Assembly: GCF_039654945.1 (NCBI RefSeq)
Contig: NW_027361696.1
Location: 46,686,001 to 46,750,000 of the forward strand
Length of the DNA stretch: 64,000 nt
DNA from: Dendrobates tinctorius
Lineage: Eukaryota
Direction of reading: 5' to 3'
In this document: piece by piece, positions 22,901-34,887 of the stretch
Position numbering within the stretch: position 1 is the stretch's first letter
How the letters are laid out: the number at the start of each line of letters is the position of its first letter
The notes under the pieces: model-generated
What the model was told of the DNA's origin: nothing
Seen by the model: only the letters and a program-made list of their open reading frames with translations
Database searches by the model: none
Position numbers and translations under genes: made by a program

Positions 22901-24029
22901 GATCTATTCCTTCCAAAGATTAAAGCGTAGCAGAAGAGTTTAGAAGGGTTTTCTCCAGAATGTATGAGGGCAGAGCAAAGAACCCTCTTTTTATCAGACT
23001 GAGTAGGGGCTGGATGGTTTCCTGTTATTGTCTCCACCATCTTGGGTATCAGGTAGAGTAAATCTGATTTACATTGCAAAAGTCTATTCATTATGTGATG
23101 AACTCACACAAAACTTCTCAGAAAAAAGGTTCCCTCCAAATCTCTCTCCATGGTCATATGTCAGGATTTTTCTATTTATCTGTCATGTATCTTTTATATT
23201 TTTTATTTATCACATTTATCTTTCCTGCTATTTAATAAGTAATCATTTACTGGTGTATAAATGTCAAAAACTAATTTAATTACGGTAATTAATCTGTAGT
23301 TATATCTATTGTGAATCGGTATTTAGGCAATTTGTTCATCAAATGATCTATCATAAAAAAGTATAGATATACTGTATCTACAAAAATATAAAATAGTTCC
23401 CAACATCTGCAATAATTCAAATAAAAATAATTTGCTTTGCTTCTATCAGTTGTAAAAAAAAAGATTCTGATACACAGTGCAGACCATCCTGAAAAAGTTC
23501 CTCTTCTTCTCCTTAGAAGACTCTGGTTTATATTGTTGTAGATATGTAGTGTCTGAACTATCTGTATGAATATGTCTATATATTTTTAATGATAAATATA
23601 TAGAGGTAGCTGACCAGGTCAATAAGGTGTAGAAATGTTTAATAATACAAAAGTAATCATAAGTCATATATTAATACATCCATAAAAGTACAAACGAATG
23701 CAGATATAATATAAATCACCAAAATATATAAAATCCATAGCAATACATGCAGTGATGCATCATACAAGGTGTGAAGTGCATAAATTCATAATAATAATGC
23801 TCATGTGTTAGAATAATTAAAGTAGAGGACATCCTGCCAAATAAAAAAGTGTTGACAGCGTGGCTTCTGCATTTTGGAATTATAGTGAATGAGGACCTTA
23901 TCTATGTATCCCACCACTTCAGTTATGTTTTTCAGGAGGTAGAGATGCATATATGATGTCTTCCTCCTATGAAATGGCACTCTAGCATAACTCCATAATT
24001 TCCATGAATTTTCTTTGTAACATGATCTT

Positions 24030-24560
24030 ATATCACATTTACATTAGTCTGCATTACTATTTTAGAACAATTTATAGATGTTTCAATTTCACAGAAAGAA
24101 TGAATATTGACCATTTCCAAGTAAGAAAAATAATATCTATATGTTGTAATCAATTCAGAAATGACTGAAATTTTGGGATAAGCATTACATTGGACCCCAT
24201 TGTGGTACCCCTTCATTAAAATAAAATTTGACATCTTAACAAAGACTTTTTTTAAACAATTATCAAAGAAGAGAAGATTGAAATGATTGCTGAAAAATAA
24301 TGTCATAGGAACTTAGCCAAACCTATGTCATGAATCATAGAAGTTTGAAGATTTAGTATTTCAAATGATATTAGATAGCCATTATCAAGAACAATAAAAC
24401 CAGAAATCATAGTAAGAAAGTAAAATATGTCCTTGATAAAAGAGGATGAATTATTTACAGAGTGATGTAGGATTCTGCCCAGGTAATTGGCAACACTGGA
24501 AAAAATAGACCCCATACAGGACACTGTAGGATGAACTGAAGACTGTCTCAGGTCTTAAAT
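24030..24560 (-). pseudogene. Ancient Penelope-like RT fossil
   Basis: VSCMGSIFSSVANYLGRILHHSVNNSSSFIKDIFYFL...LISFEILNLQTSMIHDIGL resembles PLE RT motifs 2-3, followed by KGTTMGSNV at about 24190-24215. Confidence 0.7.
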
Positions 24561-24687
24561 CTTGTATGAAACGCTCATATCTAGCTATATATTGAACCTA
24601 TCAACTAATATTTTTGCATATCTTCTACCCAAGATCCTTATCTAATGACCTACACATCTGTGGAATCTATCACCTAAAATATGTGTA

Positions 24688-25038
24688 GATTCAAGGAAAA
24701 GAACTTTTATGGATTAAGCGTGCGCTGCCAGACTATCACTCCTCACAAGTAGTGTGCTTTATACATTTATTTCCCATTTCATTTAGGGAAATAAATGTAT
24801 AAAGCACACTACTTGTGAGGAGTGATGGTCTGGCAGCGCACGCTTAATCCATAAAAGTTCTTTTCCTTGAATCTGATGATTTATGGCCACGGCGTGGTCA
24901 TTTGGATGCGCAGCAAGCTGACCTTGTTCCTTTATGTCTGATACCCTCCTACATAGGGTGAGTATAACGAATTGTTTTACATTCTTATTTTCTCGGGTAA
25001 GACTCTATTGCGCTCTTTTTCTTGCAGTTTTTACCATA
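24688..25038. mobile_element. Short insertion with an 89-bp-arm palindrome, probably an inverted Penelope pLTR
   Basis: 14-bp TSD CTAAAATATGTGTA at 24674-24687 and 25039-25052. Arms 24687-24775 and 24786-24874 with one mismatch. Donor-like GGTGAGT and GGTAAG downstream. Confidence 0.7.
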
Positions 25039-25191
25039 CTAAAATATGTGTACGCATACAACCATAATTTTGAACTGAAATTTGTATTTTAAGTATTAGA
25101 AACAGTAATGATTTCAGAAAATGACAAAATTGTGATATGCTGTATATTATATGCTTTATACAATTTCTACCTATCAATCCTGATTCCCAAC

Positions 25192-26325
25192 TAACATAGT
25201 AACATAGTTTTGAAGGCTGAAGGAAGACCTTATGTCCATCTAGTTCAGCCTATTTTTAGTGCAGCTGTTCTGCATTGTTGATCCTGGGGAAGGCAAAAAA
25301 CCCACAGAGTAGAAGCCAATTTTCTCCATAGGGAAAAAAATTCCTTTCCCTAAGCTGGGACAACCGTCTACCTATAATATTCTGTTATTCGTAACCTTCT
25401 ACACTGTTACTCACAAGAAAAGCATCCATTCCTTTCTGAAATTCTTTCAGAGAGTTGGCCATCACCACTTCCTCAGGAAGAGAACTCCAGAGCCTCACTG
25501 CTCTTACCGTGAAGAACCCTCTTCTATGCTGGTGCAGAAATTGTCTTTCCTCCAAACAAAGAGAATGCCCCCTTGTTCTTGTCACAGTCCTTGGTACAAG
25601 CAGTTCATTGGAGAGATCTCTGTATTGCCTTCTGATATACTTGTACATATATATTAAATCTCCCCTAAGTCTACTCTTTTCTAGAGTAAATAGGCCTAAT
25701 TTTGATAACCTTTCTGGGTATTGTAGTGAACCAACTCCATTTATCATTTTAGTAGCCCGCCTTTGAACCCTTTCAAGTTCAGTAATGTCTTTCTTGAGCA
25801 CCGGCATCCAAAATTGCACACAATACTCCAAGTGAGGTCTGACGAGTGGTTTGTACAGAGGGAGAATTATGTTTTCATCTCGTGTCCCCAGACCTCTTCT
25901 AATGCATCGCATGACCCTATTTGCTTTGGTGGCAGCTGCCTGACACTGGGCACTCCAATTTAGCTTCTTATTGACTAAGATGCCTAAGTCTTTTTCCATG
26001 TCTTATTCCCCAGCAGTTTCCCATTTAGTAAGTAATTATAGCATTTGTTTCTCCTTTCCATGTGCATAACCTTACACTTATCTGTGTTAAACCTCATTTG
26101 CCATTTTTCAGCCCAATTCTCCAATTTACTCAAATCTGTCTGTAGTTGCAAACTGTCCCCCTTTGTGTTAACTACCTTACATAGTTTTGTATCATCTGCA
26201 AATACTGATATTTTACTGTGTAAGCCATCCACTAGATCATTTATAAATATATTAAATAGTAGGGGTCCAATACAGAACCCTATGGTACCCCACTAGTAAC
26301 CCTGGCCCAATCTGAGTATGCACCA
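25192..26325 (-). mobile_element. Older CR1 3' fragment of a different subfamily, with a (CTATGTTA)n tail
   Basis: FADDTKL, KCKVMH, EKDLG and RPHLEYCVQFW in ORFs 25984 and 25385 (frameshifted). TAACATAGTAACATAG at about 25192-25207. Confidence 0.9.
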
Positions 26326-29300
26326 TTAATAAAAGTAATAAAAGATTGATACTGATAATATTCATGATATCAGGGAGTTGGAAAAATAATTATAATACAT
26401 ATGGGGATCTTTCATCTATTTAAATATATTTCACATCACGCTTCAGATACATTTATTTTTCAGACAATTAACCCTGTCATCTACATATGAAATGCTCTGT
26501 GTCTACAGCTGGCTTGGGTGGATCCTGGGGATGTTCATGTCTCTTCTCATGCTGAGTTGCTCATGAGATTACAAAGCTCTTGACAAGTGTGATCTCTGCA
26601 GAGTCTCTTTTGTTTTGAGCATTATTCTATCAGGTCAATTACTTAATTACATACAGAACTGCAGAACAAACTATTCAACCAATACCTGACTGGTTTCTGG
26701 AGAGGGAAACGGGGACAAATTATAAATGTTGTTTAAATTTAGAATTATAAATATTTTTAAAATGTTTCTTTCTCTCATATGTATAATAGAATTTTTATTA
26801 TTTATATAAAAAAGTAATAGCCTGATACAAACGGGAACTAATTATGTGATGTGTTTCATGCCTCTGTGTGTCATATTGTAAGAGATATTGCTAATATTGA
26901 TTTTTGATAGGTGAAAATCAACATAGATGTGTAAGATAAGTAAAAAGCGTATTACAATAAGTTATGCAGGAATTTATAATGGAAAGTTAAAAAGTTGCTC
27001 AGTTTGGTGCAGTCATTACTCTCTAACACCTTCTAATTTTCATTTGCATTAGTGCAGAATTGTAATATATATAATCCATTTACTAAATAGGTAGGAAGAT
27101 ATTTATGAATCTTGGGTAGAAGATGCAAGACCTAAAACATCACAAATTAATAACTGCCATTGTTTTATCAAGGACACATCTTTCTATGGTCTCTGGTGTA
27201 ATCATTCTTCTTGATAATGACATACTAAATCATTTCACGGTTTGGGATTATGAAAGGTGGTCGGCCCAGGTTTGCAGCACATGCACTACCTGAACTTATT
27301 GCAGTGTTTCCCAACAAAATATTGTAAAATGTAATTTTATTTGTTTTTGATAAAAAAAATCTTAATGTTAATATGTGATAATTTTCTTAATAAAGGGCCA
27401 CCGCCATGGTGTGTAATTAAAAGGCTAGCCAACAATTTCAGCTGAGTTCTGAGCTTGTTGTGATATACAGATTATATTTTCTTCATATTGATGGGTTCCT
27501 TTGGAGAACTTGATGTGTTTCATACTAATCTCATTTGTATGCACCTCAAGGTAAAATTAGCTTGATTTCTGTCTCTTTTCCATGTTGTTTTTCTCTATAA
27601 CTGTATCGATTTCAAGGTTATATCAATATAAAGTTAAATACCTGCTTTTCTGTCAAGCTTCTTCATCAGAATAATTTATTCCTTCACAATCGCTGACATT
27701 ACTGAGTCTTGACAATTTCTATCCCCGTGGCTTTTAATTTGGAGGAAGAAAATCATTATCAATGGATTCTTTACTATTACCAGACTTGTTGTGATGTGCA
27801 ATCAGCTCTAACTGAATATCTACACAGTTTTATTTGCCTATTTTCTATTTCATATCTACTTACCCACCTATGTCACATGTTTTTTTGTGAAGGAAGAGAC
27901 AGGATACAGCCATTTGTGGAGTTTGGACAAGGATTATAAAACATATATGGGGAACGTCAACTTATTTTGTAGCCATTTCATTAACATACTTCCTCATACA
28001 AGTAATTTATCCTGGGGCTGTTAACTCTGTCATCAACATATGAGATGCCCTGTGTATACAGTTGGCTTGGGTGGATCCTGAGTTTGTGCTCCTCTCTTCT
28101 CATGCAAAATTGGTGACGGAATTAGAAAGCTCCTCAAAAGTGCGACCTCTGCAGTGTGTCTTGTTTCTTATGGATAATTCTATTAGGTCAATTGGATTAT
28201 AATAACAGTGACCTCCATAATGTTATGCTACAAGTGCACTAACAGATGTGTTCCAGACCAATATGCCCAAAACCTGCCAGGTTCTTTTAAAGGGCAATGA
28301 TTAGCAAATATTTAATCTGGAACTTAAATTATGTATAATCGATAGAGAAAAAATAATGTTATTTTCTCTCCTTCTTTATCCCTCTGAAGAATGTATTTAT
28401 TACATAGAAAGTGACAATTGATGTCATCTGCTTCAAATTTGTATCAATATCTCATATCTGTTCATTTATTTATGCTATATAAGTGGTCTATCTACGGCTT
28501 TTTCAATATCGCCCTGTCTTAGTATATTTATGAAACAGTAAAGGCTTTAATAAGTAGAGAATGATGACATCGACACTTGGGGGCACAGGATAAAAAGAAA
28601 CAGACAAATGGGGTCCTGAACAACACTGTAATTTGGGGTACAGGATAATGATGCTTACACTTGGGAATATTATGAAGAAAATGTGTAAAAAGCATAAAGC
28701 AATATAAGTGATGCACGATGTATAATGGCTATTTACCAAGTGTGTCCAGTTTGGTGTAATCATTATTTTCTTATACGTATAATCCAGGTTTAAGTTCTAA
28801 TTTTCATTGTGTGACAGAAAAAATGTTAAATATATATTACATTCACTAAATGTGTAGTACCATAGATATGAATCTTGTGTAGAAGACCTGAAACATGACA
28901 CAACGAGGTCACTGTATTGTGTCCTGAATGGCATCCATATTTTTCAGAAAAACTATTTAGAAGGACAGGATTCTACACAAATTCAGAAATATGCCATCTT
29001 TTCATCAAGGACTTATCTGACTATTAATATGATCTCTGGCCTAATAAATCTTGATAATGAAATCCTAATGTTGTTAGACATACTAAGTTATTACACGTTT
29101 ATCAATTATTAAAGGGGATGACTAATCTCTCCTTCACACTCTCTACCAGAATTTACAGCAGCATTTCCCAAAAATAATTTGTTGGCTCATCTTATAATTG
29201 TTCTTTATAGAAATATCTTTATGGTAAGGAGTGTTTTTTTCCAATAAAGGGGTGCCACCTTGGGTGGCTTATAACGAGTGCAATTTCCTGTACTACTCAG

Positions 29301-31331
29301 AGCCCGGCACTCACAGGGGTCCCGTAACAGCATTATTTTCTCTCCCTCACCATTATCTCTCAATTCAATTCATCTCATTCATTCATTCATATAGAATTCC
29401 AGTTTGCTATATATAGCGCTATGCTTTATTAAGTTGCATTTATTTTTAAGTATAGTGCCGTCCCATATTATATAACTTCCTCTTGTTATATATAGTGTAG
29501 TTTCTTATTACATAGTAGCCTCTACTGGGTATAGCGTTGCTATTTTAGCACTCTACACAAGGAACAAAATTTGCATTGTCCATGTAGCACACCAATGTCT
29601 CTGCTGTCTTACATTTGCACACATACATCTCTGTGTTAAACACTTGACCTATCACATCTCAAAGGGGATCTTGTCACATGTCATGTGATACATCAGGTGC
29701 TGAGGGCACACTCTGTAGAGCCAGAGGTCCTGGCTACTCTTAATCCACCCCAGGGAACCGCGATGGGGTCGAGTGTAAAGGCTAAACCACAATTTTAGCT
29801 GAATTCTAAGTCTGTTGTGATAAATAGAAATTATTTTCTTTCATATGGATGTGCTACTCTGATGAACTCCATGAGTTTCACAATTACCTTATTTGTATGG
29901 ACTCAAGGGTAAAATTAGTACTGGTTTCAGTCAACAATTTTGTTGTGTTTTTACATGTAACTGTATCGATTTATGATAATATATTATGTACCTGCTTTTA
30001 TATCAAGCTACTAATATCTGCCATTACTGAGCTTTGACAATTATTTTCTTACCACAAAATAATAGGCTACATGGATAAAAATGTAATCAATGTGTAATCA
30101 ATGGAATGTTTACATCTATCAGACTTAACATGTGGCACATAATGTTTCTTGTCAAGGAAGAGTCACGACACCATCATTCTCATTATGTAATAAGTAACAT
30201 TTATTGAGTTTCTTCAAGGATTATACAACTTATAATTTACTGATTGCAATGGAGACTAAGATTTATGCAATCTGTACATTAAAATACAGATAAATGAAAT
30301 AGAAATATTTTCTTCATCCTTCTGATGTATTGACTTATGTATTAATTATAAAGTGAAAATGACATCATCTTTTTCCAACTGGTATCATTACCTCATATCG
30401 GTTAATCTATCTATACTGTGTAACTGGTCTTTCTTTTTCCTGTTCTATATCTTCCTGTCTTAATAGATGTGTGAAATATTAAAGGCTTTAATAAGTAGAG
30501 AAAGAGGAAGCAGACTCTTGTGGTACAGAATATAAAGAAACTGACAAATGGGGTTCTGGACAATGACACTAGAACTTGGGGTACACGATGATAAAAACAA
30601 GAATTGGAGGTATAGAAATCTGAAATGCTGACAATTGGGGTACAGGATAATAACAGCCTGAAACTTTATGTCATTATCCAGTATTTAAGTGTGAGCATCA
30701 CTGTACTGTACCCATAATGGCACAATGACACTTGGGGTTCAGGATATTGACACAATGAGATTTAGGGTACAGGACAACTAACTTGATGGATTAACACTTT
30801 GCAATCTTGTACTTTTTTTTACCTCTTCTGCCTCGTTCTAATCTGGATTCCGGCAAGGAGGGTACCCCAGTTCTACCACAACCGACCCAGAGATATACGG
30901 GGTGTATATATTATACAGAAATGTCACATCTGTATATTGCTTTTAGATACAAAAAATGATTCTTTCTTATAATAAAGATCTGGAGATGAATCTGCAACTC
31001 TGTGATTTTTATTTGTGAAGAACCTGGGAACACATGTAGTGTATTGCCATGTACAGAGGACCAGAGCAGCTCATACATACAAGAAATAGATAGAACAATG
31101 CAGGAGATAAAATCTAACCATTATTTGTTTTATTGTTGTAAAAAGTATACACATAATTGAATGGGAGTATTTGCACCCAGTCTGTCATAATCCAGAATTA
31201 CAAATCCATCAATTTTAACCCTAAAAGACACAGATTTGGAGGAGCCTGATTTACATTGAGAACAACTTTTCCCTATTGGATGAATATAAAGATGACACAA
31301 GGGAGAGACATTTCTGGATTAAATTCAAGTT

Positions 31332-31599
31332 TTATTGAAGCAACAAATTTGACAAAATGATCAAAATATACAGAGGATTCAAGTGTCCACAGTTTCATCT
31401 GTCGGTACTAAGTCCCAGTGCTGATGTGTTCATAAATAAGTTGCTTTGGGAAAAATTGGCATTCTTCATAGAGATCGGATCCAGAATTAGTTTTCAAATT
31501 CAGATGGCACCATTTCTTCTGTCATTCTATGATTCTATGATTCTATGATTCTATGATTCTATGATTCTATCTCCATCAGCAAGGAAATCATTATTTTAT
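31332..31599 (-). other. Terminal exon of ZCCHC3/ORF1-like gene copy B
   Basis: Acceptor CCTTATTTTCCCACAG|A TAA at 31599. AATAAA on minus at about 31332-31337. Confidence 0.6.
31524..31570 (+). repeat. (ATTCTATG)~6, an isolated CR1 tail
   Basis: Same octamer as the CR1 tail at 8927-8950. Absent at the paralogous position in copy A (about 21625). Confidence 0.85.
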
Positions 31600-31966
31600 C
31601 TGTGGGAAAATAAGGACAAAATATAGATATTACATCACTATGAAATGCAACAATAGACAAAACTGTCAAATGTAACTATTTTTAGAAAATATGCTGGAAA
31701 AATCAGATTTTTTTCAGAAAGGGCCCCATTTTATATATCATTGGACTCAATAATAATGAAAGAAATAAAATATATTCTGTCCCAAACTTATCCCAATTAA
31801 AACTGGCTCATATTTTGTGCAGTAGATTATAAGATTTGAAGATGGCAACAAAAATTACAATAAATTAATGTCAGCATCAAGTTGGTCGATACCCAATTGT
31901 CCCAAGAACAGATATATGATATTAGAAAATCCAGGTAATGAATGATGGAGTGCGTTGTCCTCTTAC

Positions 31967-32448
31967 CTGTTAGTCTTTCTCTGATGCTTCTTGGCCTTCT
32001 TATTTCTTCTGTCTTGGAATTCTTTCAGGACACTAGAATAGTCATTGAAAACATTGCTTTGCAGAAGGCAGCTGCAATAGAGATGTGTTATGTTGTCCTC
32101 CATATATTCCACCATCATCCTTCTATTCTCGCTCATTGACTTGTCCGAATAAGTAATGATTGCTTCTGAGTTTCCTAATGTGCATCGTTCTGGCAGATGC
32201 AGGAGACCACCATCAGAAAAGGACGGGTCTTCTCTCAGCCTGACCATGAAAGACCAGTTCCCGGTCCAGAATCCAAAGCAATTTAGCATCTTGGTTGGAC
32301 CTCTCAACACGGTGCAGAAGCATCTCAAGTATTCAGCAACCTCCATTCCAGTTGTATGAGGGTTTTGTACCGATACTATCACTTCTGTTTCCTCTATGTC
32401 AGTGGCGCAGTTAGAAGAGACAGATTCTGTTCTTGATAATTTCTCCAT
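31967..32448 (-). CDS. ZCCHC3-like / Tx1-L1 ORF1p-derived protein, copy B, intact 161 aa, no zinc knuckle, basic C-terminus
   Basis: ORF 31963..32448 is colinear with copy A without indels. Donor AG|GTAAGA at 31967, then terminal exon and polyA signal. Confidence 0.75.
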
Positions 32449-32737
32449 TTTCTATTCCTCCCAATGATAGATGTATAGCAGAAGAGTTCAGAATGGCTTT
32501 CTCCAGGAGAATGTATGAGGGAAGAGCAAAGAACCCAATTTATATCAGACTGAGGAGGAGCTCATGGATTTCCTGTCAATGTCTTCACTACCTTGGGAAT
32601 CAGGTAGAGTAAATCTGATTTACATAACAAACATCTATTCAGTAGGTGCAGAGCTCACCCAAAACTTCTCAGAAAAGATTTTCCCTCCAAACCTCTCTCC
32701 ATGGCCATATGTCTGTCATATGCTTGTCTATCTCTCA

Positions 32738-34887
32738 CAGTGGCGTATCTAGGGGGGGCATCCGGGGAAGTTGCCCCGGGCGCAGCCATCAGGGGGCGCA
32801 GTCGGGCCGCCTAATGCAGCGGTCCGCAGTGTCCTCCCTGGCGGCTGTGTTCTGCCGCCCCCCGGCCTGAGAGTCGGCGGTTCTGTCAGCTGTCAAGCTG
32901 ACAGCCGGCGCAGAGAAGGAGGCCGTGCCGGCTCCCAGGGAACAATTGTACTGGCGTCTATACAGACGCCAGTACAAATGAAGCTCTGACCGCCGGGCCA
33001 GAGCGACGTCAGCATCGTGACAGGTCATGTGATCACGCTGCTGACGTCACTCCCCGGCGCCCAAAGCAAACGCTGGTGGTAAGTGTGCTCCTCTGTGGAG
33101 CTGAAGAACCACCGAAGATGGGAGATGAGGGGGAGTTAATGAGTGGAGATGGGGGGGATTTGTAGAGGGGATGGCGGTTAATGTGTGGGGGTATTTAGAG
33201 TGGGGATGGGGGTTAATGTGTGTGGGGGTTAATGAGTGGGGATGCCATGGGGTTAATCTGTGGGGGGATTTGGAGTGGAGATGGGGGTTATTTAATGTGA
33301 TGGGGGTTAATGAGTGGGGATGGGGGTTAATGTGTGTGGGGGTTAATGAATGGGGATGGGGGTTAATGTGTGGGGGTATTTGGAGTGCAGATGGTTATTT
33401 AATGTGTGGGGGGATGTGTAGAGGGGATGGCGGTTAATGTGTGGGGGTATTTAGAGTGGGGATGGGGGTTAATGAGTGGGGATGGGGGTTAATGTGTGTG
33501 GGGGTTAATGAGTGGGGATGCCATGGGGTTAATGTGTGGGTCGATTTCGAGTGGAGATGGGGGTTATTTAATGTGATGGGGTTAATGAGTGGGGATTGGG
33601 TTAATGTGTGCGGGGGTTAATGAATGGGGATGGGGTTAATGTATGGGGGCGTTAATGAGTGGGGTTGGGGTTAATGTGTGGGGGTATTTGGAGTGCTGAT
33701 GGGGGTTAATGAGTGGGGATTGGGTTAATGTGTGGGGGGATTTGGAGTGGGGATGGGGGGTTATTTAATGTGTGGGGGGGATTTGGAATGGGGATGGGAT
33801 ACTTAATGTATGTGGGGGATTGGGGATGGGGGATTTAATGTGTGGGGAGATTTGAGGACACAAAATAAAGAGTATGTATGAGGAAACAGTATGGGGGATT
33901 GGTGCAGACAGTATGGGGAGCGAATGGGTTAATGTATGTGGATGGACACAGTATGGGGAGTCAGGGATATGTGTGAGCAGACAGTATAGAGAGTGAGGGG
34001 GTAAATATATGAGGAGACAGTATGGTGAACAGGTGGGATGCTAGAGGGGAATAGTGTGAGGAGACAGTATATTGCAGATATTTTTATTTAGGAGCATTAT
34101 AATGACACTCCTATCTTTAAGGGCGTCGTGTGGAGATTTGCTGCAGAAGACCGGAGAAGATGGATGTCTACAGAGACGAGATGTGGATGAGAAAACTCAT
34201 CATGGGGTCTAGAAGAAAAGGTGACTGACTTCAGAGACGATGTCATCTATAAGGTACCTGGATGTAAACATTATTTGTGATACTGACTTGTTCTCATGTT
34301 TTTATTTGTTAGGAACATTATAGGGGTTGTCCATGTTTGTGCTGAGTCTGCTGTCATTCTATGTGACTGCAGACTTCTGAATTCTCACAGTGCTCACTGA
34401 ACGCTGTTAGGATTCTCTCATGCCGGTAATTTACATACATGCGGTCACATGCTGACTAGACATGTGTGGCCTCACTCAATGAAAATGAACGGAGCGAGGC
34501 CGGGCACGTCTAGTCGGAATGTGGCCAGAAGTATATATATCACATACTTGTGCTGACATGACGGTACATCAGCAAGGGAGAATCCTAAAAGTGTGCAGTG
34601 CATTTGTTGTGAGAATTCAGAAGCTGCAATGTCAGGACTCAGCTCTGCAGGTCGCCGTAGTCATCACATGGACACTTCACTCATATGCGATTTTCATAGG
34701 TATGGTCCTGTGACAACAAGCTTCTCTTCCTGCTTCTCTCAGTTTTTTACTGAACATTGAGAGCATTAGGAGGAGCAGCTCGCAGGTACATGGCTAAGTG
34801 TTCAAGTCGCATATGTACTTGGGCGGGGGCGGGGGGCGCCGAACCGAATTCTTGCCCCGGGTGCCAGAAAGCCTAGATACGCCTCTG
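32738..34887. mobile_element. Non-autonomous hAT element with a G-rich internal minisatellite
   Basis: TIRs CAGTGGCGTATCTAGG and CCTAGATACGCCTCTG (one mismatch). Exact 8-bp TSD ATCTCTCA at 32730-37 and 34888-95. Confidence 0.93.
33120..33860 (+). repeat. G-rich minisatellite (GGGGTTAATGAGTGGGGAT-like units)
   Basis: Many GGG/GGGG runs with TTAATG spacers, directly visible. Confidence 0.9.

Noticed and set aside
22846-23091. 81-aa ORF upstream of gene copy A as a possible N-terminal extension
   Set aside because: Different frame from the main ORF and no recognisable domain. Treated as 5' UTR or intron, although paralog B has similar sequence, so a uORF cannot be excluded.
16770-31300. Possible decayed chemoreceptor (V2R/OR) cluster in the duplicated AT-rich DNA
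   Set aside because: No receptor motifs found; recognisable peptides are Penelope RT motifs.
33171-33437. Trp/Gly-rich 88-aa ORF
   Set aside because: Translation of the G-rich minisatellite.
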